NCBI GenBank assembly: GCA_038065955.1 | Contig: JBBTPY010000008.1 | Coordinates: 4,697-68,696 of the forward strand | DNA length: 64,000 nt | Direction of reading: 5' to 3' | Origin: Patescibacteria group bacterium | GTDB taxonomy: Bacteria > Patescibacteriota > Minisyncoccia > UBA6257 > UBA9933 | Part shown: positions 29,166 to 38,745 of the stretch, one piece after another | Position numbering within the stretch: the first letter of the stretch is position 1 | Layout of the letters: the number at the start of each line of letters is the position of its first letter | Notes under the pieces: model-generated | What the model was told of the DNA's origin: nothing | What the model saw: only the letters and a program-made list of their open reading frames with translations | Database searches by the model: none | Translations under genes and position numbers: made by a program

Positions 29166-30236
29166 ATGGCAGACTATAAACAAAAATTAAACGATTTATT
29201 ATTAATTGCCGCTCAGCAGAATGCTTCGGACCTTCATCTTGGCGTTGGCCGTCGGCCAACCTTAAGAATTGACGGCAGCTTGATTCCGCTTCAGAAAGAG
29301 CCGATTTTGGCGCCTGACGCCGCTGAGGGTTTGGTTTTGGCGCTTTTGACGCCGGAGCAAAAAGAAGAATTTTTAAAAGAAAAAGAAGTTGATTTCGCAT
29401 ATTCTTTTGAAGACAAGGCCCGGTTTAGAGTTAATGTTTTTTATCAAAAAGGATATATGGCGGCCGCGCTTCGTTTAATTCCTTCTCAAATTAAAACAAT
29501 TGAAGAACTTGGTTTGCCGTCGATTTTACATGATTTTACCAAATCTTCCCAGGGATTTATTTTGATTTCCGGTCCGGCCGGCCACGGCAAATCAACGACT
29601 CTCGCGGCTTTGATTGACGAGATAAATCACAATCGAATGGACCATATTATTACCATTGAAGACCCGGTGGAATATATTTTCGTCCAGGATAAAAGCATAA
29701 TTTCCCAGAGAGAGGTTGGGGCGGACACGTCGGATTTTCATAAATCTTTGCGTTCGGTTTTAAGACAGGACCCGGATGTGATTATGATCGGCGAGATGAG
29801 AGACGCCTTGTCGGTGTCAACGGCTTTGACCGCGGCCGAGACCGGGCATTTGGTTTTTTCCACGCTTCATACGAATTCGGCTTCGCAAACGGTTGACAGG
29901 ATTATTGACAGTTTTCCGGCCGAACAGCAAAATCAGGTCGCTTCCCAACTTGCCGCCACTTTAGTCGCCGTTGTTTCCGAGCGATTGCTTCCTAAAATCG
30001 GCGGCGGCCGCGTACCCGCCTGCGAGATAATGCTTGCCAATCCGGCCATTCGCAATCTTATCCGTGAAAGAAAAGCTTATCAAATTGATTTGGTCATAGA
30101 AACAAATTCCCAGGAAGGGATGATTACCCTTAACCGTTCAATGGCGGATTTAGTTAGAAATAATATTGTTTCTTTTGAAAACGCGGAATTATATTCTTTG
30201 AATCCCGGGGAATTAAGAATGTTAGTTGAAAGATAA
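29166..30236 (+). CDS. pilT: twitching motility/retraction ATPase PilT
   Basis: Start at MADYKQKL; ASDLHL motif, Walker A GPAGHGKSTT, PilT-type GMxTL region. Confidence 0.85.
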   Translation: MADYKQKLNDLLLIAAQQNASDLHLGVGRRPTLRIDGSLIPLQKEPILAPDAAEGLVLALLTPEQKEEFLKEKEVDFAYSFEDKARFRVNVFYQKGYMAAALRLIPSQIKTIEELGLPSILHDFTKSSQGFILISGPAGHGKSTTLAALIDEINHNRMDHIITIEDPVEYIFVQDKSIISQREVGADTSDFHKSLRSVLRQDPDVIMIGEMRDALSVSTALTAAETGHLVFSTLHTNSASQTVDRIIDSFPAEQQNQVASQLAATLVAVVSERLLPKIGGGRVPACEIMLANPAIRNLIRERKAYQIDLVIETNSQEGMITLNRSMADLVRNNIVSFENAELYSLNPGELRMLVER

Positions 30237-30248
30237 CGGCAAATTTAT

Positions 30249-31463
30249 ATGAAGTTTAAATATCTTGCCAGAAATAAAGAAGGAGAGCTGCAGGGCGGGT
30301 TTGTGGATGCCGCCGGCCGCGACGGAGCGGCCAATATTTTAACCGGCCACGAGCTTTTTGTTTTGAGTCTGGAAAGCGCGGACAAAAAGCGGATAACAGA
30401 GAAAGTTTTTTCTTTTTTGAACCGCGTCAAGGCGATTGACGTGATGGTTTTTACCCGGCAGTTTGCCACTCTTTTGGAATCCGAAGTGCCGCTTAGCGAT
30501 TCAATTAGGGCTCTTTATAAACAAACTAAAAATCCTCTGTTTAAAGAGGCGATTTTTGAAATTTCCGCCGATATTGACGCGGGCTTATCCCTTTCCCAGG
30601 CGCTGGGGCGTCAAAATCATATTTTTTCCGAATTTTATCTCAATATGATTCGTTCGGCCGAGGTAACGGCGAGATTAAAAGAAGCGATGATTTTTTTGGC
30701 GGATTATATGGAAAAAGAAGTCGGTTTGAGGATGAAAATCAAAAACGCTTTGATATACCCGGCCTTTATTATTGTTTTATTTTTGGCGGTGGCGGTGATT
30801 ATTTTGACGGTTGTTTTTCCGAAACTGGCGCCGGTTTTTGAAGAAATGAATGTCCGTTTGCCGCTTTTAACCAAAATTCTTCTTAATTCCGGCGGATTTA
30901 TACTGGAGTGGTGGTGGCTGATTATTATAATCGGCTGGCTGTTTATCGGTTTGATGATTGATTATTTTAGGACGCCGGAGGGGAAAATAGTTTTCAGCGA
31001 ACTGATTATTCGAACGCCGGTTTTCGGCGATTTATTTAAAAAAAATTACGTTGCCAGATTTGCCGAGTCTTTGAGCGTTTTGATTAAAGGCGGCATTCCT
31101 TTGTCTCAATCTTTGGAGATAACGGGCCGTGTAATCGGCAACGAGATTTACGCCGGCATAATTGAGGAAATCGCCGAAAAGGTAAAAGCAGGTGAATCTC
31201 TTTCGTCTTTATTAAGTCAGAACGAATATTATTTTCCGGCTTTGGTCGGACAAATGGTTTCAATCGGCGAAAATACCGGCCGGCTGGATGAAATTCTTTT
31301 GAAAGTTGCCGCTTTTTTCACCCGCGAAGTTGAAAATGTCGTTAATAATTTAACCGAATTGATTCAACCGGTTTTAATTACGGTGATAGGAATTTTGGTC
31401 GGCCTTCTATTTGCGGCAATTCTTCTTCCGATATATAATTTAACCCAAGGGTTGAGAATATAA
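30249..31463 (+). CDS. pilC: type IV pilus platform protein PilC (GspF family)
   Basis: 404 aa, two T2SSF repeats, 3+ TM. Confidence 0.85.
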   Translation: MKFKYLARNKEGELQGGFVDAAGRDGAANILTGHELFVLSLESADKKRITEKVFSFLNRVKAIDVMVFTRQFATLLESEVPLSDSIRALYKQTKNPLFKEAIFEISADIDAGLSLSQALGRQNHIFSEFYLNMIRSAEVTARLKEAMIFLADYMEKEVGLRMKIKNALIYPAFIIVLFLAVAVIILTVVFPKLAPVFEEMNVRLPLLTKILLNSGGFILEWWWLIIIIGWLFIGLMIDYFRTPEGKIVFSELIIRTPVFGDLFKKNYVARFAESLSVLIKGGIPLSQSLEITGRVIGNEIYAGIIEEIAEKVKAGESLSSLLSQNEYYFPALVGQMVSIGENTGRLDEILLKVAAFFTREVENVVNNLTELIQPVLITVIGILVGLLFAAILLPIYNLTQGLRI

Positions 31464-31501
31464 ATAAATGGTCGAAGATAAAATTAAATAAATTAATTAA
31501 T

Positions 31502-31972
31502 ATGTTTCAAAATAAAAAAGGTTTTACGCTGGTAGAAATGCTTATTGTCATCGCCATTATCGCGATTTTGTCTTCGCTGGTTTTGGTCGGCGTCAGCCGT
31601 TTTCGGCCCGGGGCTTATGACGCGCAAAGAATTTCGGATTTGCAAAAAATTCAAAGTTATCTGGAGATTTACTATACAAAATACAGGAGTTATCCGACTA
31701 TCGCTGTTGCCGATTGGGCCACTCTCCAAACTATTTTAACGCAGGAAACGGGCGTTGACAGGGTTCCAAACGACCCATTATATAATCCATCAACAGGGCA
31801 AGGGCAACCGTATTTTTATTGTTATTCAGGCGACGGTCAGAATTATATTTTAGGAGCGCGTCTTGCCACAGATAATCATTCCGTCCTGAACGATGATATA
31901 GATACTACGGCTGGCACTACTTGTACGAGAGGAAGTTGTTTGGACGGAGATAATGGTTTCTGTATCAGATAA
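31502..31972 (+). CDS. type IV pilin (prepilin, class III signal)
   Basis: MFQNKKG|FTLVEMLIVIAIIAIL: G-1, F+1, E+5 prepilin signature; C-terminal Cys pair. Confidence 0.75.
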   Translation: MFQNKKGFTLVEMLIVIAIIAILSSLVLVGVSRFRPGAYDAQRISDLQKIQSYLEIYYTKYRSYPTIAVADWATLQTILTQETGVDRVPNDPLYNPSTGQGQPYFYCYSGDGQNYILGARLATDNHSVLNDDIDTTAGTTCTRGSCLDGDNGFCIR

Positions 31973-31986
31973 TCTTTATTATTTTT

Positions 31987-32868
31987 ATGTTTTTTCTCGC
32001 GGTTTTGTTTTTGTTCGGTTCGGCAATCGGCAGTTTTCTGAACGTCGTTTCTCTGCGTTATCAACCCGGCCAAAAACTTCTGGATTTAAAAATTATCGGC
32101 GGCCGGTCAGCTTGCCCGCATTGCCGAAAAACTTTAAAGTGGTATGAACTCATACCGCTTTTAAGTTTTTTAATTCAAAAAGGCCGGTGTCGCTCTTGCG
32201 GCAATCGACTGTCGTTTCAATATCCTCTCGTTGAATTATTGAGCGGCCTGATTTTTGTTTTCGTCCCATTCGCGCTTTATAATTTATTCGTAATTCGTAA
32301 TTCATATTTCATAATTCAGGTTTTTTTATGGTTGTTGGTTTTTTTGCTGTTTCTTCTTCTCTCAATCATTGATTTCCGCCATTACATTATTCCGGATTCA
32401 ATAAATTTGTCTTTGGCGATATTGGGAATAATTCTAATAATAATGTCAAATGTCATTAGTTATAGTTCGTTCCTCGGCCATTACGCTTTGCTTTTTGATT
32501 TTTGGCCGCTGTCGTTGGTCGATGGTCGCTGGTTGTTGGTCATTGGTCATTTTTCCGCCGCCGTTATCGCAATGGCGTTTTTCGCCGCCATAATAATTTT
32601 GACCAGGGGCCGGGGAATGGGTTGGGGAGATTTCAAATTGGTCGGCGCCCTGGGTTTGATTTTCGGCTGGCCGGACATAATGGCGATAGTGTTTCTGGCT
32701 TTTATTATCGGCGCCATAGCGGTCGCGCCTTTATTGCTTAAAAAACAAAAAACGATGAAAGACATCGTGCCTTTCGGGCCATTTTTAATAATCGGCGCGA
32801 GTTTGGTATTTTTCTTTGGCTATGAAATAATTAACGGCTATTTCAAACTTTTTAATATTTATTTATAA
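31987..32868 (+). CDS. pilD: prepilin peptidase PilD (A24 family)
   Basis: N-terminal CPHC...CRSC zinc motif, catalytic GMGWGDFKL; contains low-complexity GGTCG/TGGTCA repeat insertion 32511..32550. Confidence 0.8.
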   Translation: MFFLAVLFLFGSAIGSFLNVVSLRYQPGQKLLDLKIIGGRSACPHCRKTLKWYELIPLLSFLIQKGRCRSCGNRLSFQYPLVELLSGLIFVFVPFALYNLFVIRNSYFIIQVFLWLLVFLLFLLLSIIDFRHYIIPDSINLSLAILGIILIIMSNVISYSSFLGHYALLFDFWPLSLVDGRWLLVIGHFSAAVIAMAFFAAIIILTRGRGMGWGDFKLVGALGLIFGWPDIMAIVFLAFIIGAIAVAPLLLKKQKTMKDIVPFGPFLIIGASLVFFFGYEIINGYFKLFNIYL

Positions 32869-32876
32869 TTACTTTA

Positions 32877-33461
32877 ATGAAGCGAGGATTCACAATAGTG
32901 GAATTATTGATAGTTATCGGCATCACGGTTATTTTATTGTCTTTTGGCTTTTCTTCTTATAATCGCGCGGCCGAACGCCAGCTAATTTTATTCAGAGAAC
33001 AAAATAAGATTATCAGCGCGTTGGATAAGGCGAAATATCTGGCGTTTTCTACTTTCGGACAGGAACAAGCGCCTTGCGATTATGGGGTTCATTTAGAAGC
33101 GTCGAATAATACAATAATTATTTTTAAAGAATTGCCGATTTTAGGCAATGATTGCGCGAGCATAAATAATGTTTATACGCCGCCGGGCGGTCCTTTCGGC
33201 CCGCCGGGTGGTCCTTTCGGCCCGCCGGGCGGTCCTATCGGCGGAGATGAAATTGTTGAAACAATTAAATTAGACCAAGCGGTTCGGTTTAATAATTTAA
33301 TATTAAACGACATTGTTTTTATTCCGCCGGCGCCGCAGATAATAATTAATGGTGATTTAAGTATTCAATCCGCTTCCGCGGAAATTACGGATTCCGGAGG
33401 CGCGACGGTTTCATCTATAACAATCACTAAAAACGGGCAAATAACCGCTCAAATGCATTAA
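32877..33461 (+). CDS. pseudopilin/minor pilin (prepilin-type N-terminus) with PPGGPFG x3 repeat
   Basis: MKRG|FTIVELLIVIGI; 21-nt x3 tandem repeat at 33180..33242. Confidence 0.6.
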   Translation: MKRGFTIVELLIVIGITVILLSFGFSSYNRAAERQLILFREQNKIISALDKAKYLAFSTFGQEQAPCDYGVHLEASNNTIIIFKELPILGNDCASINNVYTPPGGPFGPPGGPFGPPGGPIGGDEIVETIKLDQAVRFNNLILNDIVFIPPAPQIIINGDLSIQSASAEITDSGGATVSSITITKNGQITAQMH

Positions 33462-33467
33462 TTTTAT

Positions 33468-33971
33468 ATGTTTAAAAAAAATGAATCGGGTTATCTTTTA
33501 GTTGAAGCCATGGTGGCCACAAGTCTATTAATTATCGGTTTGGTTTCAGTGGCCGGCTTGATGTCGCGGGCTTTGGGTCTAAACCGCGTTGTAAGCGACC
33601 AGTTTATCGCCAATTATCTGGCGGTTGAAGGAATTGAAATAATAAAGAATTTAATTGAAGCCAATATACTGGCGGGATTGCCATGGAATAACGGCATAAG
33701 CGACAATTGTTATGAAGTTAATTATGAATCCGTAAATTTGGGGGCAACTTGTTCTTCTTCGGAAAGTCAATTAGCACTTTCATTTAATTCTATAACCGGT
33801 TTTTATAATTATGACAGTAGCGGCAATCAAGCGCCGTTTATAAGAAGTATTTTGATTGAAAATTCATCGGACGGAAATAGAATTAAAGTCAATTCAGTTG
33901 TTAAGTGGATAAGCCGCGGCAGTGTGGAATTCAGCATTAATTTAGAAGATTATTTTTTTAATTACAGATAA
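33468..33971 (+). CDS. minor pilin-like protein
   Basis: MFKKNESG|YLLVEAMVAT: G-1/E+5 prepilin-like leader. Confidence 0.5.
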   Translation: MFKKNESGYLLVEAMVATSLLIIGLVSVAGLMSRALGLNRVVSDQFIANYLAVEGIEIIKNLIEANILAGLPWNNGISDNCYEVNYESVNLGATCSSSESQLALSFNSITGFYNYDSSGNQAPFIRSILIENSSDGNRIKVNSVVKWISRGSVEFSINLEDYFFNYR

Positions 33972-33978
33972 AAAAACG

Positions 33979-34596
33979 ATGAAAAAACAAGGTTTTACTT
34001 TAATTGAACTTATTGTCGCTTTCGGTCTTTTTGCGATTGTTATTTCCATCGCCGCCGGTGGCTTTGTTCAGATTATCCGTTCTTACAGGGTTGCGGCGGC
34101 TTTAATGTCGGCAAATGACAGTATGGCTTTAACTATAGAGCAAATGGCGAGAGAAATGCGGACGGGATATAATTTTTGCGAAATTGCCGATTCAACGGAG
34201 CCGAAAATCCAGTTTGTCAACGCGAATAACGAAGTGGTGAGATATAAATTAAACTCGTCTGACAGAGCGATTGAGCGGGCGGTTTCGGATATTTCGGCGC
34301 CGATAGGATTTAATTCTTGTTCAAACGCCGATGACCAATGGTTTAATTATCAGAAAATAACGGCGGCCAATGTGGCTGTAACAAAATTGAATATCGTCGC
34401 TTGCGGCAATAATATTGACCCCGGCATTTTTCTTAATCCTTGCGGCTCTTTAACGACGTGGCCGCGGATAACTCTGGCTTTTTCAATCACCAGCGCCGAG
34501 CCGGAAGTTGAAAGATTAGGAATTTCCATTGACGCCCAGACGACAATCAGCGCCAGAAACATCGCGGAATTGCCCGCTCCCGCCCCAGCTCCTTAG
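33979..34596 (+). CDS. minor pilin (prepilin-type N-terminus)
   Basis: MKKQG|FTLIELIVAFGLFAIV. Confidence 0.6.
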   Translation: MKKQGFTLIELIVAFGLFAIVISIAAGGFVQIIRSYRVAAALMSANDSMALTIEQMAREMRTGYNFCEIADSTEPKIQFVNANNEVVRYKLNSSDRAIERAVSDISAPIGFNSCSNADDQWFNYQKITAANVAVTKLNIVACGNNIDPGIFLNPCGSLTTWPRITLAFSITSAEPEVERLGISIDAQTTISARNIAELPAPAPAP

Positions 34597-34646
34597 TTAT
34601 CCACAACTCGCTATTTATTTTATTGAATTTAGTTTATAATTAAAAT

Positions 34647-36146
34647 ATGTCAGGCGATAAAAATATGAAGTTTAGAATTCTATTTGTCGTTGTTTTGGCG
34701 GTTAGTTCTTTTGTTTTTATTAGTCAAGTAAATGCTCAAATTTCCGCGCCGGTAGCTCCCAATTTTCAAATTACCGGTACTGGCGCTAATTGTTCTTTAA
34801 ATTTATCTTGGAATGATTTAATAAATGAAGATTCTTATGAAATAGAAAGAAGCGTTGACGGCGTTAATTTCAGTTTAATTGCGTCTCCGGGGATGAATAC
34901 AACCAGTTGGAATAATGGAGTTTCGCCGGATATCAGTTATTCTTATCGTATCCGCGCGATAAATAGAGTGGGAGCTTCTCCTTGGGCGATGATAACTTCT
35001 AAACCGCTTTTTTGCCGGACTTATAATTTGTACGGCAATGGAGGCGGTAGGCGAGATTATTCGCAAGATATCGGCGAGGAATTATTACAACAAGGGGCAA
35101 GCTCTAATGTAATTACAAGGGAAGGAAGCCCAAATATTGGGAGTCAGTGGTTGTCTGATAATAACAACGATAATTATTTTAATCTTTTTAATATTTCTAT
35201 TGAAAATAGAAGATGTGTTGGACCAGGTTATACGTGTGAAGGCATAATACCAAATCCATTCCCGCCTCCTCCAAGTTTTGTTCCTTATTGTAGATTTTTT
35301 GGAGAATTTGCCGTTAGTAATGCGTGCGGTAGTAGTTCTGTATGTTTTAATCCATGCTGGCCGTTTAGAAATTGTAGAAGATGCGCTCCTGTATTACTTC
35401 CCGAACTCGTTGATATTCCATTTTTAATTCAATACAGTGTTCAGGGTTTTAGAGCGGCATATATTGATTTAAAAATTAATAATTTAGACGGGTTAAATCT
35501 TGAAGTTCCTAATACGCAAGCGGACGCTTCTTGGGTTTCTGAAAATACCATATTGCCTTGTATTGCCGCGACATTAATAAACGGCCAGCCGGCGGATAAT
35601 TATGGACTTTCTAATTTATGGAACGGTTCTCGGCAAGTTTCCGGTTCGGAAAATTTAGGCGTTCTTGAAAGAGGGCAAGAAAATGCCGGCCAAGGCAGAC
35701 AATACAATTTTTCCATTACTTGTAATACTGTTATCGGTAGTCTGCCGACGGTTTCAGATAGGGTTAATGTCGGAGTTTGGAAATTTCCGATAATTGACAA
35801 TTTTAATTGCGATTCTTCAATTGTTCCTCCGCAAGCCGCGAATTGTGCTCTTAGTGTTCGCAATGCTGACCAAGGTTGCGTAATTTCCGGCGGTTCTTTT
35901 TCGGATACGGTTTGTTCAAACGAAAGCGAATGCCTTAATGATTCTATTTTATTAAGGCCGTCGCAAACAACGACTTTTACTTTGACTTGTTCCGCGATTG
36001 ACGGTAATCGTTCCAACCAAAGAACTATTTCCGTTAGCGGCGGAGGAGGCGGGGTTGGCGGCGGCGGAGGAGGAGGAGGCGCGACTGGCAGTTCTATCTG
36101 GAAATTTTTCAAAAATATAATTTGGCGCGAAGTTATTCCGAGATAA
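34647..36146 (+). CDS. secreted FN3-domain, Cys-rich protein with C-terminal poly-Gly tract (candidate pilus-associated adhesin)
   Basis: Signal peptide, FN3-like module (SWNDL..YEIERSVDG..SYRIRAIN), ~30 Cys, C-terminal SGGGGGVGGGGGGGGATG. Confidence 0.5.
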   Translation: MSGDKNMKFRILFVVVLAVSSFVFISQVNAQISAPVAPNFQITGTGANCSLNLSWNDLINEDSYEIERSVDGVNFSLIASPGMNTTSWNNGVSPDISYSYRIRAINRVGASPWAMITSKPLFCRTYNLYGNGGGRRDYSQDIGEELLQQGASSNVITREGSPNIGSQWLSDNNNDNYFNLFNISIENRRCVGPGYTCEGIIPNPFPPPPSFVPYCRFFGEFAVSNACGSSSVCFNPCWPFRNCRRCAPVLLPELVDIPFLIQYSVQGFRAAYIDLKINNLDGLNLEVPNTQADASWVSENTILPCIAATLINGQPADNYGLSNLWNGSRQVSGSENLGVLERGQENAGQGRQYNFSITCNTVIGSLPTVSDRVNVGVWKFPIIDNFNCDSSIVPPQAANCALSVRNADQGCVISGGSFSDTVCSNESECLNDSILLRPSQTTTFTLTCSAIDGNRSNQRTISVSGGGGGVGGGGGGGGATGSSIWKFFKNIIWREVIPR

Positions 36147-36173
36147 AGGTCGTTTATTATTGATATTAATATT

Positions 36174-36422
36174 ATGGATAATTTGATTAACGGAAAATTT
36201 TCATTCGGCAAGAAATGGTTTTGTATCGGCATTGTTGCCGGATTTTTCAGCGTTTTCGCCGGCTTGATTTACGGTATTGCTTTAATACTGGAAAAAGAAT
36301 ATCGCAAAGAAGGCGCGACAATTATTGTTTTTTCAATAATTTGGAAAATTTTATTTTTTTGGTTCATTATCCCTTGGTTTATCGAAAAATACGGTTTTTT
36401 GCCGTTAGAGGTATTTTTTTAA
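36174..36422 (+). CDS. small 2-TM membrane protein
   Basis: 82 aa hydrophobic. Confidence 0.35.
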   Translation: MDNLINGKFSFGKKWFCIGIVAGFFSVFAGLIYGIALILEKEYRKEGATIIVFSIIWKILFFWFIIPWFIEKYGFLPLEVFF

Positions 36423-36433
36423 TTAAATAAATT

Positions 36434-36871
36434 ATGCGCGCACAGAGCGGACAGGCAATGCTTTTAGCGGTAACATTAATAGGCTCGGTTGTTTTGATTT
36501 TTTCTTCAATCAGCGGTTATTTTATCCTTCAGCGGCTGAGAATGGCCGCTGATTTCGTTGATTCCAGCAAGGCGATTTACGCGGCTGACGCGGGCCTTGA
36601 GTGGAAACTTTATCAATGTTTCAAGTGCGACCAAAGAGGCCAAACTTTTTGCGATTTTAATATTAACGTTTTTACGGGGGCGGAAAATTGTTCATCAAAT
36701 CTCGCAGTGGACGCTTTATTCCCCGATTACAGCATAACTGATTCGCTTACCTCTTTTGTTTCAAGAGTTGATGCTGTTCTCATTAGCGCCACTTCAACGC
36801 AATATCGTTTCAAATCAGTCGGCGCTTCTAATAAATCGCACCGCGCTTTTGAATTGATTTTAGAAGAATAA
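36434..36871 (+). CDS. PilX-like minor pilin
   Basis: MRAQSGQAMLLAVTLIGSVVLIF...AADAGLEW resembles PilX N-terminal domain. Confidence 0.5.
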   Translation: MRAQSGQAMLLAVTLIGSVVLIFSSISGYFILQRLRMAADFVDSSKAIYAADAGLEWKLYQCFKCDQRGQTFCDFNINVFTGAENCSSNLAVDALFPDYSITDSLTSFVSRVDAVLISATSTQYRFKSVGASNKSHRAFELILEE

Positions 36872-36880
36872 TTATTTATT

Positions 36881-38710
36881 ATGCGTGAAATAAAATTTTC
36901 TCACTTAGCCGAGGTTTTTGGCCGGCTGGAAAAAACAGCGTCTTCTTTGGCGATGATTGATATTTTGGCGGAGTTTTTCCCGAAAATTTCGCCGGAAGAA
37001 GCGAAAATCAGCGCCTATCTTTTGCGTGGCGAATTGAGTCCGCCTTATGAAGGTTTAGAAATCGGTTTAGCGGAAAAAATGGTTATTCGCGGAATCAGCC
37101 GTTTGAAAAATATGGAAATTTATCAAATTGCTCGGTTGTATCAAAAAACAGGCGATTTAGGGGTTGCAGTTGAAGAATTGAAAAAAGGCGAAAAAAGCCT
37201 GCCTGCCGGCAGGTATGGCCCGCCTGCCGGCAGGTATGGCCTGCCTGCCGGCAGGTATGGCCTGCCTGCCGGCAGGCAGGGCCTGACGATTAAAGAAGTT
37301 TTTGAAAAGTTAATTGAGATTGCTAAAACCGGCGGCGAAGGTTCGCAGGAGAAAAAAATAAATTTATTAGCGGATTTATTGTCAAAGGCGTCGGCTGAAG
37401 AGGCGAAATATATTATTCGGACGGTTCTAGGGACTTTAAGATTGGGCGTGGGCGAGATGATTTTTTTATATGGGCTAGCCAAGGCGTTTGGAGCCGGAAA
37501 GAAAGATAAAGAAGTTTTAGAATATGCCTTTAATGTTTTATCGGATTTAGGAGAAGTGGCTTACATTATTTCGCGAGACGGGCTCAAGGGGATAATGGCC
37601 ATTAAGCCGAAAGTCGGCGCGCCTATCAGAATGATGTCATCAAACAGAATTAAAGAATTAGATGAAGTAAAAAAACATATTGAGGGAGTAGTATCGGTTG
37701 AAGATAAATATGACGGCGAAAGAATTCAGGCGCATATTAAGAAAAACGGCGAAACTTCGCTTTTTTCGCGGCGTCAAGAAAAAATCACCCATCAATATCC
37801 GGATATAATAAGCGGATTAAAAAAATATTTTCGTGGAAAAGAGGCGATTATTGAAGGCGAGGTGGTGGCTTATGATGAAAAAAACGACAAACTGCTTCCT
37901 TTTCAAATTTTAATGTCGCGGCGGCGAAAACATAATATAGAAGAATATGTCAAAAAAATTCCGGTTCGTTATTTTTTGTTTGATTTACTTTATTTGGACG
38001 GAGAAAATTATTTAAATAAATCGCTAAAAGAAAGACGAATTGCTTTAGAGCGTTTTTTTCAAAAAATCGGAGTAATTGATTTTGGCAAATACGCGCTTAC
38101 GGATGATTTATCCGAAATTGAATCTTATTTCGGCGAATCGGTCAAAAGAGGAAACGAAGGGGTGATGATTAAAGATTGGTCAGGGATTTATCGGGCCGGC
38201 AGCCGCGGCTGGTTGTGGATTAAATTTAAGAAAGATTATCGCGATGAGTTGACGGATACTTTTGATTTGGTTGTTGTCGGCGCGCTTTACGGCGCGGGCC
38301 GGCGCGCCGGAACTTACGGCTCGCTTTTGGCGGCGGTTTATGACCCGAAAATAAATAAATATTATTCGTTTACCAAAGTCGGCACGGGTTTTACCGATGA
38401 AGTTTTGGCCAAATTATTGAAGATGTTTGAGAAATATAAAATTAAGGAAAAACATAAATTAGTTGAAACAAATATGAAAGTTGATGTTTGGTTTGAGCCA
38501 AAAATTGTGATGGAAGTTTCGGGGGCGGAAATTACGGTTTCGCCGGTCCACACGGCGGCAAGAGATAAAATAGAAAAAGCCCTGCCTGCCGGCAGGCAGG
38601 GCGGTTTGGCCTTGCGGTTTCCGAGATTTTTAAGATGGCGCGACGATAAATCGGCCGAAAACGCGACAACAACCAAAGAAATTTTTGACATATATAAATT
38701 GGCGTCTTAA
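36881..38710 (+). CDS. ATP-dependent DNA ligase
   Basis: 609 aa; motif I KYDGERIQAH (KxDGxR), motif VI-like LRFPRFLRWRDDK; carries in-frame palindromic 21-nt repeats. Confidence 0.8.
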   Translation: MREIKFSHLAEVFGRLEKTASSLAMIDILAEFFPKISPEEAKISAYLLRGELSPPYEGLEIGLAEKMVIRGISRLKNMEIYQIARLYQKTGDLGVAVEELKKGEKSLPAGRYGPPAGRYGLPAGRYGLPAGRQGLTIKEVFEKLIEIAKTGGEGSQEKKINLLADLLSKASAEEAKYIIRTVLGTLRLGVGEMIFLYGLAKAFGAGKKDKEVLEYAFNVLSDLGEVAYIISRDGLKGIMAIKPKVGAPIRMMSSNRIKELDEVKKHIEGVVSVEDKYDGERIQAHIKKNGETSLFSRRQEKITHQYPDIISGLKKYFRGKEAIIEGEVVAYDEKNDKLLPFQILMSRRRKHNIEEYVKKIPVRYFLFDLLYLDGENYLNKSLKERRIALERFFQKIGVIDFGKYALTDDLSEIESYFGESVKRGNEGVMIKDWSGIYRAGSRGWLWIKFKKDYRDELTDTFDLVVVGALYGAGRRAGTYGSLLAAVYDPKINKYYSFTKVGTGFTDEVLAKLLKMFEKYKIKEKHKLVETNMKVDVWFEPKIVMEVSGAEITVSPVHTAARDKIEKALPAGRQGGLALRFPRFLRWRDDKSAENATTTKEIFDIYKLAS

Positions 38711-38745
38711 AATAGCGGTAAAGGTCGTTGATTAATTCATAAAAA

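Noticed and set aside
35600-36232. 210-aa minus-strand ORF with a PPPPPPPPTPPPPP tract
   Set aside because: Antisense to the FN3/Cys-rich gene. The Pro run is simply the complement of the poly-Gly codons. No start context.
33180-37281. Possibility that the tandem repeats form a CRISPR array
   Set aside because: Units are contiguous without spacers, lie inside ORFs in frame, and no cas genes are present. They are microsatellite or palindromic insertions, not CRISPR.
37141-37482. 113-aa minus-strand ORF with repeated LPAGRPY
   Set aside because: The reverse-strand reading of the palindromic 21-mer repeats in the ligase gene. A palindrome translates similarly on both strands.
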